A stretch of DNA of 64,000 bases from Pelagibacteraceae bacterium AG-404-N13 (GTDB lineage Bacteria > Pseudomonadota > Alphaproteobacteria > Pelagibacterales > Pelagibacteraceae). This document shows positions 10,721 to 21,010 of the stretch, piece after piece. The stretch's first letter is position 1; each line of letters starts with the position of its first letter. Both the position numbers and the translations under genes were made by a program. Location of the stretch: NCBI GenBank assembly GCA_003216255.1, contig QCJD01000002.1, forward strand, positions 20,474 through 84,473, read 5' to 3'. Under the pieces are notes generated by a model. That model did not search any database, was not told the DNA's origin, and worked only from the letters and a program-made list of their open reading frames with translations.

Positions 10721-13027
10721 ATGAAGAAAAATAAAATTGAACATTATTCTGATAAAGAAGCTTTAGAATTTCATAATATCAATAAATCTGGGAAGATTGA
10801 GATTATTTCATCAAAACCTATGACCACAAAAAGAGATTTGGCACTAGCGTATTCTCCAGGAGTTGCTGTACCAGTAAAAGAAATTTCAAAAAATCCTGAA
10901 CTTGCATATGAATACACAACAAAAGGTAATTTAGTCGCCGTTATAAGTAATGGATCTGCAATTTTAGGCATGGGAAACCTTGGAGCATTAGCATCAAAGC
11001 CTGTGATGGAAGGTAAAGCAGTTTTGTTTAAAAGGTTTGCAGATATTGATGCTATTGATTTAGAAATAGATTCTAATAATCCAAAAGAAATAATTAACAG
11101 TGTAAAAAATTTTTCAGGAAGTTTTGGTGGAATAAACTTAGAAGATATTGCTGCCCCAGATTGTTTTATAATTGAAGAAAAATTAAAAAAAATATTAGAT
11201 ATTCCAGTATTTCATGATGACCAGCATGGGACTGCGATTATTACATGTGCGGCATTGATAAATGCAGTTGATATAACGAAAAAAGACATAAAAAAATTAA
11301 AAGTTGTTGTTAATGGAGCTGGAGCTTCAGCTATGGCCTGTGCAAATCTTTTTAAAAAAAAAGGAGTACTTCAAAAAAATTTAACAATGATTGATAGAAA
11401 AGGCGTCATTCATAAAGGAAGAAAAGGATTAAATAAATGGAAATCAAGTCATGCAATAAAAACTAAAAACAGAACTTTGAGAGATGCAATAACAAATGCT
11501 GATGTTTTTTTAGGTTTATCATCTGCAGGTGTTTTGAAAAAAGAAATGGTAAAAAAAATGGCAAAAAATCCGATCATATTTGCTTGTGCTAATCCTGATC
11601 CAGAAATAACGCCTGAAGAAGTTGAAGAGGTTAGAAGTGACGCAATAATCGCTACTGGTAGGTCAGACTATCCAAATCAAGTAAATAATTTAATTGGATT
11701 TCCTTACATTTTTAGGGGTGCGCTCGATGTAAGAGCAAGAACTATAAATGAAGATATGAAAATTGCAGCTGCGAACGCTATTGCGTCTTTGGCTAAAAAA
11801 AGAGTTCCAGATGAAGTTGTTGCTGCTATGGGAGGAGATAGGCCGATATATGGAAGGGATTATATTATTCCCTCAACATTCGATCCAAGATTAATTAGCG
11901 TCATACCAGTTGCTGTGGCTAAGGCCGCAATTAAAAGCAAAGTCGCAAGAAAAAAAATAAAAAATTTTGACATTTATTCAGAAAAATTAAAACAGAGACT
12001 AGATCCATCAGTAACTATAATGCAGGGAATAAATTCAAAAATTAAAAAAAATCAAAAAAAAGTTGTTTTCACAGATGGCGAAGATGAAAATACTTTAAAG
12101 GCTGCAATAGCGTTTAAAAATGCTGGACTAGGAGTGCCTATAATTGTTGCAAAAGAAAAAGTTGTTAAACAGAAATTAAGAGAGATCGGTTATGTAGAAA
12201 ATCTTGATATTCAAATCATAAATTCCAGTGACAAAAAAAAGACGGATAAATATTCAAATTTTATTTTTAAAAAATTACACGGAGATAAAGGTAATCTTGA
12301 ACCGGATGTTAACGAACTGTACTTAAGAGATTGCAATAGAATGATTAAAAATGATAAGGTTATCTGGGGATCTTGCATGGTTTCAACAGGAGATGCGGAT
12401 GCAATGGTGACTGGAAATACTAGAAGATACTCTCAATCTTTAGAAAAAATCAATAAAGTAGTAGATGCTAGACCCGGCGAAATAATGTTTGGTTTAAATA
12501 TGGTTATAAATAAAGGAAAAACAGTTTTTATTGCTGATACAAGTGTCAATGAATATCCTTCATCAGAACAGTTAGCTGAAATTGCTATATCTTCTGCACG
12601 GGTAGTAAAGTTATTTGGCTTTGATCCAAAAGTTGCTTTTTTATCTCATTCAACTTTTGGGCAGCCTTTAACTAGTAGAACAAAACACATTAGAGATGCA
12701 GTCGATATATTAAAAAAAAAGAAAGTTGATTTTAAATTTGATGGAGATATGCAGCCTGACGTGGCTTTAGATGAAGAATATTCAGATTTATATCCATCTT
12801 CAAAAATAGTTGGTAATGCAAATATACTTATAATGCCCGGTCAACATAGTGCGGCAATCTCATATAAAATTATGAAAACACTAGGTGGAGCAAAAGTCAT
12901 TGGGCCTTTATTGATTGGATTGGGACAAGCGATCGAAATAGCACCTCTTAGATGTTCTACTTCTGATATATTAAATTTAGCTTCTATCGCAGCATATTCG
13001 GCAGGAGTTATAGATTATAATAAGTGA
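10721..13027 (+). CDS. maeB: NADP-dependent malic enzyme with PTA-like domain
   Basis: AYSPGVA, FHDDQHGTA, ATGRSDYPNQVNN, DGDMQPD; ATG at 10721 preferred over TTG at 10700. Confidence 0.96.
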   Translation: MKKNKIEHYSDKEALEFHNINKSGKIEIISSKPMTTKRDLALAYSPGVAVPVKEISKNPELAYEYTTKGNLVAVISNGSAILGMGNLGALASKPVMEGKAVLFKRFADIDAIDLEIDSNNPKEIINSVKNFSGSFGGINLEDIAAPDCFIIEEKLKKILDIPVFHDDQHGTAIITCAALINAVDITKKDIKKLKVVVNGAGASAMACANLFKKKGVLQKNLTMIDRKGVIHKGRKGLNKWKSSHAIKTKNRTLRDAITNADVFLGLSSAGVLKKEMVKKMAKNPIIFACANPDPEITPEEVEEVRSDAIIATGRSDYPNQVNNLIGFPYIFRGALDVRARTINEDMKIAAANAIASLAKKRVPDEVVAAMGGDRPIYGRDYIIPSTFDPRLISVIPVAVAKAAIKSKVARKKIKNFDIYSEKLKQRLDPSVTIMQGINSKIKKNQKKVVFTDGEDENTLKAAIAFKNAGLGVPIIVAKEKVVKQKLREIGYVENLDIQIINSSDKKKTDKYSNFIFKKLHGDKGNLEPDVNELYLRDCNRMIKNDKVIWGSCMVSTGDADAMVTGNTRRYSQSLEKINKVVDARPGEIMFGLNMVINKGKTVFIADTSVNEYPSSEQLAEIAISSARVVKLFGFDPKVAFLSHSTFGQPLTSRTKHIRDAVDILKKKKVDFKFDGDMQPDVALDEEYSDLYPSSKIVGNANILIMPGQHSAAISYKIMKTLGGAKVIGPLLIGLGQAIEIAPLRCSTSDILNLASIAAYSAGVIDYNK

Positions 13028-13029
13028 GA

Positions 13030-13623
13030 TTAATTTTTAACAACTCTTAAATCTTCGATAAGTAAAATACTTGAAATAACATCTTCAACATCAAGTACTT
13101 GCTTTGCTTCATTTATAACTTCAGCTCTTTCTTCTTCATCTTTAGATATTCCATATATATATATTTTCTTTTTATATGTATCTATATTGTAATTAACTGC
13201 CTTTATTTTTTTATTTGAAATCATAGCCACCCTTAACTGTGAGGTTATAAGAATATCTTTTGCTGTCTGTTTAAAATTAAATCCATCTTTAATTCTAAGA
13301 TCGTTTTTTACTGATCTTGCTCCTTTAATCTCCCAGCCTAATTTTGTGATTTTAAATTTTTCTTCTACTGTATCTACTTTTCCTGTAATAAAAATTCTTC
13401 CATCAATCACTTTACTTTTAACTGATAATATATAATTTTTATTCATATTAATAATTTTTGCAGTTAAGTTTTTCTGCATTATTGAGTCATCAATTTGAGT
13501 TCCGATTGTTCTTGGATCTAGGGCTATAGAAACACCAGTACCAAAAACCCCCGTTGAGGATGTTCCAACGCATGAAGTAATTAAAAATAGTACAAATAAT
13601 AAAAATATTTTATTTATTTTCAT
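13030..13623 (-). CDS. Double BON-domain lipoprotein
   Basis: Lipobox ITSC; DPRTIGTQIDD; two BON repeats. Confidence 0.88.
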   Translation of the reverse strand: MKINKIFLLFVLFLITSCVGTSSTGVFGTGVSIALDPRTIGTQIDDSIMQKNLTAKIINMNKNYILSVKSKVIDGRIFITGKVDTVEEKFKITKLGWEIKGARSVKNDLRIKDGFNFKQTAKDILITSQLRVAMISNKKIKAVNYNIDTYKKKIYIYGISKDEEERAEVINEAKQVLDVEDVISSILLIEDLRVVKN

Positions 13624-14470
13624 TTTTTATTTTTAAACAATAATCATAAATTAATTTTTTTGGAAATTTATTATCTTTATTAATTTCCTTTATAATATTT
13701 TTAATAGTCATTTTTTTTATTAATTTACCAATTTTTTTTTTATCTGATTCTTCCAATTTATTAAAATTTTTTTTTAAATTATTATCTTCAGAAATAATAA
13801 CAGTCATTTCGCCTTTAGAAGAAAGAGATATTTCAGATAAATTTTTTATACTGCTTCTTATATATTCTTCATGAAATTTAGTAATTTCTCTACAAATTAA
13901 AATATTCCTAGAAAAAAAATATTTTTTTAAAATGTCAATAATTTTATTAACTTTTTTTGGTGAAATAAAAAAAACAATTGAATAATTAATGTTCGAGATT
14001 GATTTAAATAAATTATTTATTTCATTTTTTTTTTCGGGCAAAAAACCACAAAATAAATACTTATCTGAAAATCCACTTACAGATACAGCTGTACTTACAG
14101 CCGAGGGGCCTGGTATTGGATAAATATTAATTTTCTTTTCTATACACTTATTAATTAATATTCTTCCTGGGTCAGAAATTGCAGGTGTTCCAGCGTCAGA
14201 TATGATTGATATAATTTTATTTTTTTCCAAAAGATCCAAAATAGAATCTAAATTTTTATTTTCATTAAACTTATGGTGAGAAACTAGTTTTTTGGTTATT
14301 TCAAATTTATTTAATAATTTTTTTGATACTCTGGTATCTTCGCACAAAATTAAATCTGATTTTTTAAGAACTTCTAAAGCTCTGAGTGTTATATCTCCCA
14401 TATTTCCTATTGGTGTTGCAACACAATATAGCCCAGGTTTTATATTATTTAGTTTTTCATCAACATGCAT
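13610..14470 (-). CDS. rsmI: 16S rRNA C1402 2'-O-methyltransferase
   Basis: VATPIGN, CEDTR, SDAGTPAISDPG, REITKFHEE. Confidence 0.96.
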   Translation of the reverse strand: MHVDEKLNNIKPGLYCVATPIGNMGDITLRALEVLKKSDLILCEDTRVSKKLLNKFEITKKLVSHHKFNENKNLDSILDLLEKNKIISIISDAGTPAISDPGRILINKCIEKKINIYPIPGPSAVSTAVSVSGFSDKYLFCGFLPEKKNEINNLFKSISNINYSIVFFISPKKVNKIIDILKKYFFSRNILICREITKFHEEYIRSSIKNLSEISLSSKGEMTVIISEDNNLKKNFNKLEESDKKKIGKLIKKMTIKNIIKEINKDNKFPKKLIYDYCLKIKNENK

Positions 14471-14499
14471 TAATTTGAAATTATATTATTAAATGAAAA

Positions 14500-15651
14500 A
14501 TGAAAACTTTTATTAAATTTGTAATTATATCAACTTTAAGCTTAGGTACTTTTTTTCAAAACAGTTTTTCAAATGAAAAAATTAAGATCGGCCTAATAGT
14601 ACCATTGAGTGGTATCCACTCGCAACTAGGGAACTCAATTATTAAATCAGTTAGATTAGCAGTTAATAAAATTAATGATGATAGATTTGAGATTATTCCT
14701 AAAGATACAAAATCAAACCCAATAAATACTTTAAGATCTTCAAAAGAATTATATGAACAAGGAGTAAGAATTGTTATTGGTCCAGTATTTAATGAAAGTT
14801 CAAAGTATCTAGATGAGTTAAAAGATATGACATTTATATCTCTTACAAACAAAATTTATGGCAACCATCCAAATGTAATAAGTGCAGGAGTAAATGCTAT
14901 CTCTCAAATAAACACTATAAATAAGTTTAAAAAAATAAATAATTTAGAGAGATCTATAATTCTAGTTCCTAATACAGATTATAAGAATGAGATTAACTTA
15001 GCAATTGATAAGTCTAATATAAAATTTAAAGAAAAGTTTTATTATGATACTGATCCAACTTTATTAACCGCACAAATTGAAAAATTAACTAGATATCCTC
15101 AAAGAAAACAAAATCTTGAAGATGAAATAACAAGACTAGAAAAATCACTAGATCAAAAGAAAGAAAAAAAAATAGAAAAATTAAAAAAAAAAGACACACT
15201 AGGAGGAATAAATTTTGACTCTGTAATTATTGCAGATTTTGATGAAAGTTTAAAAAGTGTAGCTACTTCATTATTATATACAGATGTATCTTCTAAAAGA
15301 ATTTCATATTTAACTTTAAATCAATGGTTTAATAAATCCCTATTAAAAGAAACTTCACTACAACCTATTTATTTTCCATCTATAAACAAAGAAAATTATG
15401 ATATTTTTGTAAAAGATTACAACGAACTATACAATTCAAAACCTGATCAAATATCCTTTTTAAGTTATGATCTAGTAGGATTAGTTTATTATTTAATTTA
15501 TAAAAACAATTTTAAGATCTCAAAAAATATTTTTTATAAGGAAAATAAATTTAAGGGTAAAATTGGTATATTTGAAATTAATAAAAATATTATTACTCAC
15601 CAACTAAATTTTTATAGTATTGAAAACGAGCAATTTAAAAAAATTTTTTAA
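14500..15651 (+). CDS. LppC/LpoA-like periplasmic binding-fold protein
   Basis: KIGLIVPLSG, IVIGPVF; signal peptide; divergent from rsmI as is usual in Alphaproteobacteria. Confidence 0.8.
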   Translation: MKTFIKFVIISTLSLGTFFQNSFSNEKIKIGLIVPLSGIHSQLGNSIIKSVRLAVNKINDDRFEIIPKDTKSNPINTLRSSKELYEQGVRIVIGPVFNESSKYLDELKDMTFISLTNKIYGNHPNVISAGVNAISQINTINKFKKINNLERSIILVPNTDYKNEINLAIDKSNIKFKEKFYYDTDPTLLTAQIEKLTRYPQRKQNLEDEITRLEKSLDQKKEKKIEKLKKKDTLGGINFDSVIIADFDESLKSVATSLLYTDVSSKRISYLTLNQWFNKSLLKETSLQPIYFPSINKENYDIFVKDYNELYNSKPDQISFLSYDLVGLVYYLIYKNNFKISKNIFYKENKFKGKIGIFEINKNIITHQLNFYSIENEQFKKIF

Positions 15652-16237
15652 TTTTTTTAAACGCTTTAAATCTATGATCAATTTTATATTTAGCACTAGG
15701 TTTCATCTGGCCAAAAGTTTGTTTTCTTCCCTTTGGGATAAAAATTGGATCATAACCAAAGCCATTTTTTCCTTTTTTGTTTTTTGATATCGTTCCTTCT
15801 ATGATTCCTAAAGAATGTATTGGTTTTTTTTTAAATCCAAAAATTGTTAAAGCACATATAAATCTTGCAACTATTTTCTTTTCTTTCCATTTTTTGTCTA
15901 TTTTATTCAACTCTCTAAAAACTTTTTTGATAGCAATATTAAAATTACTTTTTCGACCCCCCCATCTAGCAGAAAATATTCCTGGAGCCTTATTTAAAAT
16001 ATCTATTTCTAGACCAGAGTCATCAGCAATACAAATTTTACCAGATTTTTTTGAATAATATTCTGCTTTAATTAAAGAGTTTTGAAGAAATGATTTGCCA
16101 TTCTCTTTTGGGCTTTTTAATTTGAAATCCTTAGGACTAAATACTTTGTAAGTTTTAGGTAATAAATCTCTTATTTCCTTTATTTTTCCTGCATTATTAG
16201 AACCTATAATTATCTCTCTATTTTTTTTTTTATACAT
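15635..16237 (-). CDS. rdgB: Non-canonical purine NTP pyrophosphatase
   Basis: SNNAGK, ADDSGL, PGIFSARW, GFGYDPIF, HR. Confidence 0.95.
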   Translation of the reverse strand: MYKKKNREIIIGSNNAGKIKEIRDLLPKTYKVFSPKDFKLKSPKENGKSFLQNSLIKAEYYSKKSGKICIADDSGLEIDILNKAPGIFSARWGGRKSNFNIAIKKVFRELNKIDKKWKEKKIVARFICALTIFGFKKKPIHSLGIIEGTISKNKKGKNGFGYDPIFIPKGRKQTFGQMKPSAKYKIDHRFKAFKKIKKFF

Positions 16238-16266
16238 CTAGAAATATAGGAAATACTTACCATATA
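16238..16266 (+). promoter_or_regulatory. Putative RpoH (sigma-32) promoter of grpE
   Basis: CTAG-N17-ACCATAT resembles alphaproteobacterial RpoH consensus CTTG-N17-CYTATNT. Confidence 0.5.
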
Positions 16267-16273
16267 GGAAGAG

Positions 16274-16918
16274 ATGGAAAAAGAAGATTTAAAAAAAAAA
16301 GTAGAAGAAGATAATAATCAATCCGAAAAAGAATTTTTAGATACCAAACAAGAAGTTCACAAAGACGAAGAAAAAAAATTAGATGATAAAGAACAAGAAA
16401 AAGAGATTTCACCTGAAGAAGAAATAGAAAACCTTAAAGACAAGCTTGCAAGAACTTTTGCTGAAATGGAAAATCAAAGAAGAAGGTTTGAAAAAGAAAA
16501 AGATGATGCTTTTGAATATGGTGGATTTTCTTTTGCAAAAGAGTCTTTGAATTTATTGGATAATCTAGAAAGATCAAAAGCATCTTTAGAAAATGATGAT
16601 AAACTTAAAAACACTGAAACTTTAAAAAAAGTTATAGAGCATCTCGACATCGTAAACAGAGATATTATATCTATTTTTAAAAAAAATAATATTGAACAAA
16701 TAAAATCAATAAATGAAAAGCTTGACCCAAATCTTCATCAAGCAATGATGGAAATAGAGGACGATACAAAAGAGCCTGGTACGATAATACAAGAAATCCA
16801 AAAAGGATACATGATGAAAGATAGGCTTTTAAGGCCTTCACTAGTAGGAGTTTCTAAAAAAAAATTAAAAAAAAATGATGATAACAGTAAAAAAAACCAA
16901 GAAAATAAAGAAAAATAA
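16274..16918 (+). CDS. grpE: Nucleotide exchange factor GrpE
   Basis: AEMENQRRR, DPNLHQAM, GYMMKDRLLRPSLV. Confidence 0.97.
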   Translation: MEKEDLKKKVEEDNNQSEKEFLDTKQEVHKDEEKKLDDKEQEKEISPEEEIENLKDKLARTFAEMENQRRRFEKEKDDAFEYGGFSFAKESLNLLDNLERSKASLENDDKLKNTETLKKVIEHLDIVNRDIISIFKKNNIEQIKSINEKLDPNLHQAMMEIEDDTKEPGTIIQEIQKGYMMKDRLLRPSLVGVSKKKLKKNDDNSKKNQENKEK

Positions 16919-16941
16919 CAAAAAAAATTACATTTTCAAAG

Positions 16942-16969
16942 GTTGTAGAAGCAAAATTAACGCTTATAT
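16942..16969 (+). promoter_or_regulatory. Putative RpoH promoter of dnaK
   Basis: GTTG-N17-CTTATAT directly upstream of dnaK. Confidence 0.6.
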
Positions 16970-16987
16970 GAAGCAAAGATAATAATT

Positions 16988-18913
16988 ATGAGCAAAGTAA
17001 TAGGAATAGATTTAGGAACAACAAATTCATGTGTAGCTGTGATGGAAGGCACACAAGCAAAGGTTTTAGAAAATGCTGAAGGAGCTAGAACTACTCCATC
17101 AGTTGTTGCTTTTACCGATGGTGAAGAAAAATTAATTGGACAGCCTGCAAAAAGACAAGCTGTAACAAATCCAGAAAATACTATTTTTGCAGTAAAAAGA
17201 TTAGTGGGAAGAAATTTTGAAGATCCCTCAGTAAAAAAAGATATTGAGACAGCCCCTTTTAAAATTATAAATTCGGATAAAGGAGATGCGTGGATAGAAG
17301 CTAAAGGAAATAAATATTCTCCATCTCAAATTTCAGCATTTGTTTTACAAAAAATGAAAGAAACAGCTGAAAAATATTTAGGTTCAGAAGTTAAACAAGC
17401 AGTGATTACTGTTCCTGCATATTTTAACGATGCTCAAAGACAAGCGACTAAAGATGCTGGTAAAATTGCTGGACTAGAAGTTTTAAGAATTATAAATGAA
17501 CCAACCGCTGCCTCTTTGGCTTATGGTTTAGACAAAAAAACTAACAAAAAAATTGCAGTTTATGATCTAGGAGGTGGAACATTCGATGTTTCAATTCTAG
17601 AACTTGGTGATGGCGTTTTCGAAGTTAAATCAACTAATGGTGACACATTTTTAGGTGGTGAAGATTTTGATAACACAATTGTTGAATACCTTTTGTCTGA
17701 ATTTAAAAAAGAGAATGGAATTGATCTAAAATCTGATAAATTAGCTTTACAGAGACTAAAAGAAGCTGCGGAAAAAGCGAAAATAGAACTTTCATCTGCC
17801 GCTCAAACAGAAATAAATCTTCCATTTATTACAGCAGATAAAACTGGTCCAAAACATATTAACCTTAAAATGACTAGGGCAAAACTTGAAGCTTTGGTTG
17901 AAGATTTGATTACTAGAACTATACCTCCTTGCAAAACAGCTCTTAAAGATGCTGGTTTATCTGCAAGCGAAATAGATGAAGTTGTTCTTGTAGGTGGAAT
18001 GACTAGAATGCCTAAAGTAATAGAAGAAGTAAAAAATTTTTTTGGTAAAGAGCCTAATAAATCAGTAAACCCAGATGAAGTTGTAGCAATGGGTGCAGCT
18101 ATTCAGGCTGGGGTATTACAAGGTGATGTCAAGGATGTATTGTTATTAGACGTTACACCTCTATCTTTGGGTATTGAAACTCTTGGTGGAGTATCAACAA
18201 AATTAATAGATAAAAATACAACAATACCAACAAAAAAAAGTCAGGTTTTTTCAACTGCAGAAGATAACCAGCCTGCTGTTTCAATAAGAGTTCTTCAAGG
18301 TGAAAGAGAAATGGCATCAGATAATAAGATATTAGGTAATTTTGAGCTAGTTGGTATAGCTCCTGCTCCAAGAGGGGTTCCTCAAATTGAAGTAACTTTT
18401 GATATTGATGCAAATGGTATTGTTAACGTATCTGCAAAAGATAAGGGTACTGGGAAAGAACAAAAGATTCAAATTCAAGCTTCAGGAGGATTAAGTGACG
18501 AAGAAATTAATCAAATGGTTAAAGATGCTGAATCAAATAAAGAAGCAGATAAGAAAAAGAGAGAGTCTGTTGACGCAAGAAACCAAGCTGATACTTTGTT
18601 ACACTCTACTGAAAAAAACCTAAAAGAACATGGAAGTAAAGTCTCTGATGCAGACAAAAAAGCAATTGAAGATGCTTCGGCTAACCTTAGAAATGCAATT
18701 AAGGGTACGGACGTAGAAGAAATAAAGAAAAAAACACAAGATTTAGTTCAAGCTTCAATGAAATTAGGTGAAGCAATCTATAAATCTCAACAAAGTGCTA
18801 AACCAGGTGATGCATCAAAAGATGCAAATAAAGAAGAAGGAAAAAAAGACGATAACGTTGTTGATGCAGACTTTGAAGAAGTAAAAGACGATAATAAAGA
18901 AAAAAGCGCCTAA
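16988..18913 (+). CDS. dnaK: Chaperone DnaK
   Basis: [17 protein letters not shown]; full-length Hsp70. Confidence 0.99.
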   Translation: MSKVIGIDLGTTNSCVAVMEGTQAKVLENAEGARTTPSVVAFTDGEEKLIGQPAKRQAVTNPENTIFAVKRLVGRNFEDPSVKKDIETAPFKIINSDKGDAWIEAKGNKYSPSQISAFVLQKMKETAEKYLGSEVKQAVITVPAYFNDAQRQATKDAGKIAGLEVLRIINEPTAASLAYGLDKKTNKKIAVYDLGGGTFDVSILELGDGVFEVKSTNGDTFLGGEDFDNTIVEYLLSEFKKENGIDLKSDKLALQRLKEAAEKAKIELSSAAQTEINLPFITADKTGPKHINLKMTRAKLEALVEDLITRTIPPCKTALKDAGLSASEIDEVVLVGGMTRMPKVIEEVKNFFGKEPNKSVNPDEVVAMGAAIQAGVLQGDVKDVLLLDVTPLSLGIETLGGVSTKLIDKNTTIPTKKSQVFSTAEDNQPAVSIRVLQGEREMASDNKILGNFELVGIAPAPRGVPQIEVTFDIDANGIVNVSAKDKGTGKEQKIQIQASGGLSDEEINQMVKDAESNKEADKKKRESVDARNQADTLLHSTEKNLKEHGSKVSDADKKAIEDASANLRNAIKGTDVEEIKKKTQDLVQASMKLGEAIYKSQQSAKPGDASKDANKEEGKKDDNVVDADFEEVKDDNKEKSA

Positions 18914-18941
18914 GCTAACAACTATTTGTCTATAATTAGTT

Positions 18942-20066
18942 ATGGCAAAAAGAGATTATTATGAAGTCTTAGGTGTAGAGAAGGATGCTTCCGCAGATCA
19001 GATAAAATCAGCCTATAGAAAAAAAGCAGTTAAGTATCATCCTGATAAAAACAAAGGTGATAAGGCTGCTGAAGATAAATTTAAAGAAGCATCAGAAGCA
19101 TATCACGTATTATCTAACTCCGAGAGAAAACAAAATTATGACAATTTTGGCCATGCCGCTTTTGAAAATGGAGGTGGTGGAAGAGGTGGTTTTGGTAACT
19201 TTGATTTTTCAAGTCATTTTTCAGATATTTTCGAGGATTTTTTTGGTGAAGGTTTTGGTGGCGGTAGAAGGTCAAGAAGATCAAACAATAGAGGATCTGA
19301 TTTAAGATATGACCTTACAATAAGTTTGGAAGAAGCTTATACGGGTAAAAAACAAGATATTAAATTCTCTACATCTGAAAAGTGTAATACTTGTAGCGGT
19401 TCAGGATCTAAACCAGGTCATGAGGCTGGAGCTTGTTCAATGTGTGGTGGACATGGCCAAGTAAGATCAAGCCAAGGATTTTTTACTGTACAACAAACAT
19501 GTCCTCAATGCGCAGGTTCTGGTGAGGAAATAACAAATCCTTGCAATAGTTGTAATGGACAGGGGAAAAAACAAGCTTCTAAAAGACTTTCTGTAACAAT
19601 TCCAAAAGGAGTTGATGATGGCACAAGAATTAGATTATCAGGTAAAGGAGAAGCTGGATCTAGAGGTGCAAGTAATGGAGATCTTTATTTATTCATAAAT
19701 GTTGACCGGCACGATCTATTTAAAAGGTCAGATGTAAATTTATTTTTTGAGTTCCCTATTTCTATTGCTGATGCAGCTCTTGGAACAACAATAGAGATAC
19801 CAACTATAGATGGTGGTAAAGCTAAAATAAAAATTCCTGATGGTACACAAAGTGGAAAACAATTTAGATTAAAAGGCAAAGGTATGCCTTTTATGCGAAG
19901 AGGTGACTATGGTGATTTGTATGTCCAGGTTAAAACTGAAGTTCCAATTTATTTAAATAAACAACAAAAAGAACTTCTTGAAAAATTTAGAGATATAGAA
20001 AACGAGAAATCTAACCCAAGTATTAAAAAATTTTTTCAAAAAGCTAAGAGTTTCTGGAAGAATTAA
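18942..20066 (+). CDS. dnaJ: Chaperone DnaJ
   Basis: HPD J-domain, G/F region, four CxxCxGxG repeats. Confidence 0.99.
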   Translation: MAKRDYYEVLGVEKDASADQIKSAYRKKAVKYHPDKNKGDKAAEDKFKEASEAYHVLSNSERKQNYDNFGHAAFENGGGGRGGFGNFDFSSHFSDIFEDFFGEGFGGGRRSRRSNNRGSDLRYDLTISLEEAYTGKKQDIKFSTSEKCNTCSGSGSKPGHEAGACSMCGGHGQVRSSQGFFTVQQTCPQCAGSGEEITNPCNSCNGQGKKQASKRLSVTIPKGVDDGTRIRLSGKGEAGSRGASNGDLYLFINVDRHDLFKRSDVNLFFEFPISIADAALGTTIEIPTIDGGKAKIKIPDGTQSGKQFRLKGKGMPFMRRGDYGDLYVQVKTEVPIYLNKQQKELLEKFRDIENEKSNPSIKKFFQKAKSFWKN

Positions 20067-20234
20067 ATGAACTTGGATCAAATTATTCCAGCAATTTTTA
20101 TGGTTGCTGTCTTAATATTGGTACTACCATCTTTTTTAAGAACTAATTCAAAATTAAAGCAGTTTTTAACAAATATATCTATTTGGGCTATAATTGTTTC
20201 TTTTGTTATGATAGTTTTATACTTTATCTTTTAA
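20067..20234 (+). CDS. 55-aa two-TM membrane protein (absent from ORF track)
   Basis: MNLDQIIPAIFMVAVLILVLPSFLRTNSKLKQFLTNISIWAIIVSFVMIVLYFIF; ATG abuts the dnaJ stop; TAA overlaps the dapB ATG (TAATG). Confidence 0.85.
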   Translation: MNLDQIIPAIFMVAVLILVLPSFLRTNSKLKQFLTNISIWAIIVSFVMIVLYFIF

Positions 20235-21010
20235 TGAGAAAAATAAATTTAGCTATTACTGGATGCATGGGAAGGATGGGCCAACAATTCATTAAGTCAG
20301 CAAAATCGGATAAAAGTTTTAATTTAGTGGCTCTTACGGAAAATAGAGTTATTAATAAAAAAATTAGTGGTATTAAACCTGAACTGAATACAGAGAATGC
20401 ATTTAAAAAAACAAATATTATAATAGATTTTACTGTTCCAAAATGTACGTTTGAAGTATTAAAAATTGCATCGAAACTAAAAAAAAGAGTAGTTATAGGA
20501 ACAACTGGCTTTACTAAAAAAGAAGAAAATTTAATTAAAAAATACTCTAGAAAAATACCTATTCTCAAAGCCGGAAATATGAGTTTAGGCATTAACTTAC
20601 TAATGTATTTAACTGAGATTGCATCAAAATCTTTGGGAAATAATTTTTTAAGCAAGGTTTTTGAAGTTCATCATAAACATAAAAAAGATTATCCATCGGG
20701 TACAGCTTTAATGCTTGGCAAAGGTATAGCTATTGGGAAGAATAAAGATTTCTATAAATTGTTAGGCAAAAAATACCTAAATAAAAAATCATTCCCTTAT
20801 GGAAAAAAAATAAACTTTAACTCAATAAGAAAAGGTGAAATTATTGGAGAACATGAAGTCACTTTTTCAAGTGGTAAGGAGATTATAACTTTAAATCATG
20901 AAGCATTTGATAGAGCTCTTTATTCAGAAGGTGCATTTACTGCAGCTAAATGGTTGATGAATAAAAAACCTGGACTTTATTCTATGAGAGATGTTTTGAA
21001 TTTTAATTAA
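20234..21010 (+). CDS. dapB: 4-hydroxy-tetrahydrodipicolinate reductase
   Basis: GCMGRMG, IDFT, GTTG, EVHHKHKKDYPSGTA; true start ATG 20234 (MRKINLAI). Confidence 0.96.
   Translation: MRKINLAITGCMGRMGQQFIKSAKSDKSFNLVALTENRVINKKISGIKPELNTENAFKKTNIIIDFTVPKCTFEVLKIASKLKKRVVIGTTGFTKKEENLIKKYSRKIPILKAGNMSLGINLLMYLTEIASKSLGNNFLSKVFEVHHKHKKDYPSGTALMLGKGIAIGKNKDFYKLLGKKYLNKKSFPYGKKINFNSIRKGEIIGEHEVTFSSGKEIITLNHEAFDRALYSEGAFTAAKWLMNKKPGLYSMRDVLNFN

Noticed and set aside
14465-14473. Second ATGCAT at the rsmI start as another shared start site
   Set aside because: The plus-strand frame reads ATG CAT TAA and stops immediately.
20183-20233. N-terminal extension of dapB from TTG 20183
   Set aside because: Overlaps the 55-aa membrane ORF; DapB homology begins at ATG 20234.
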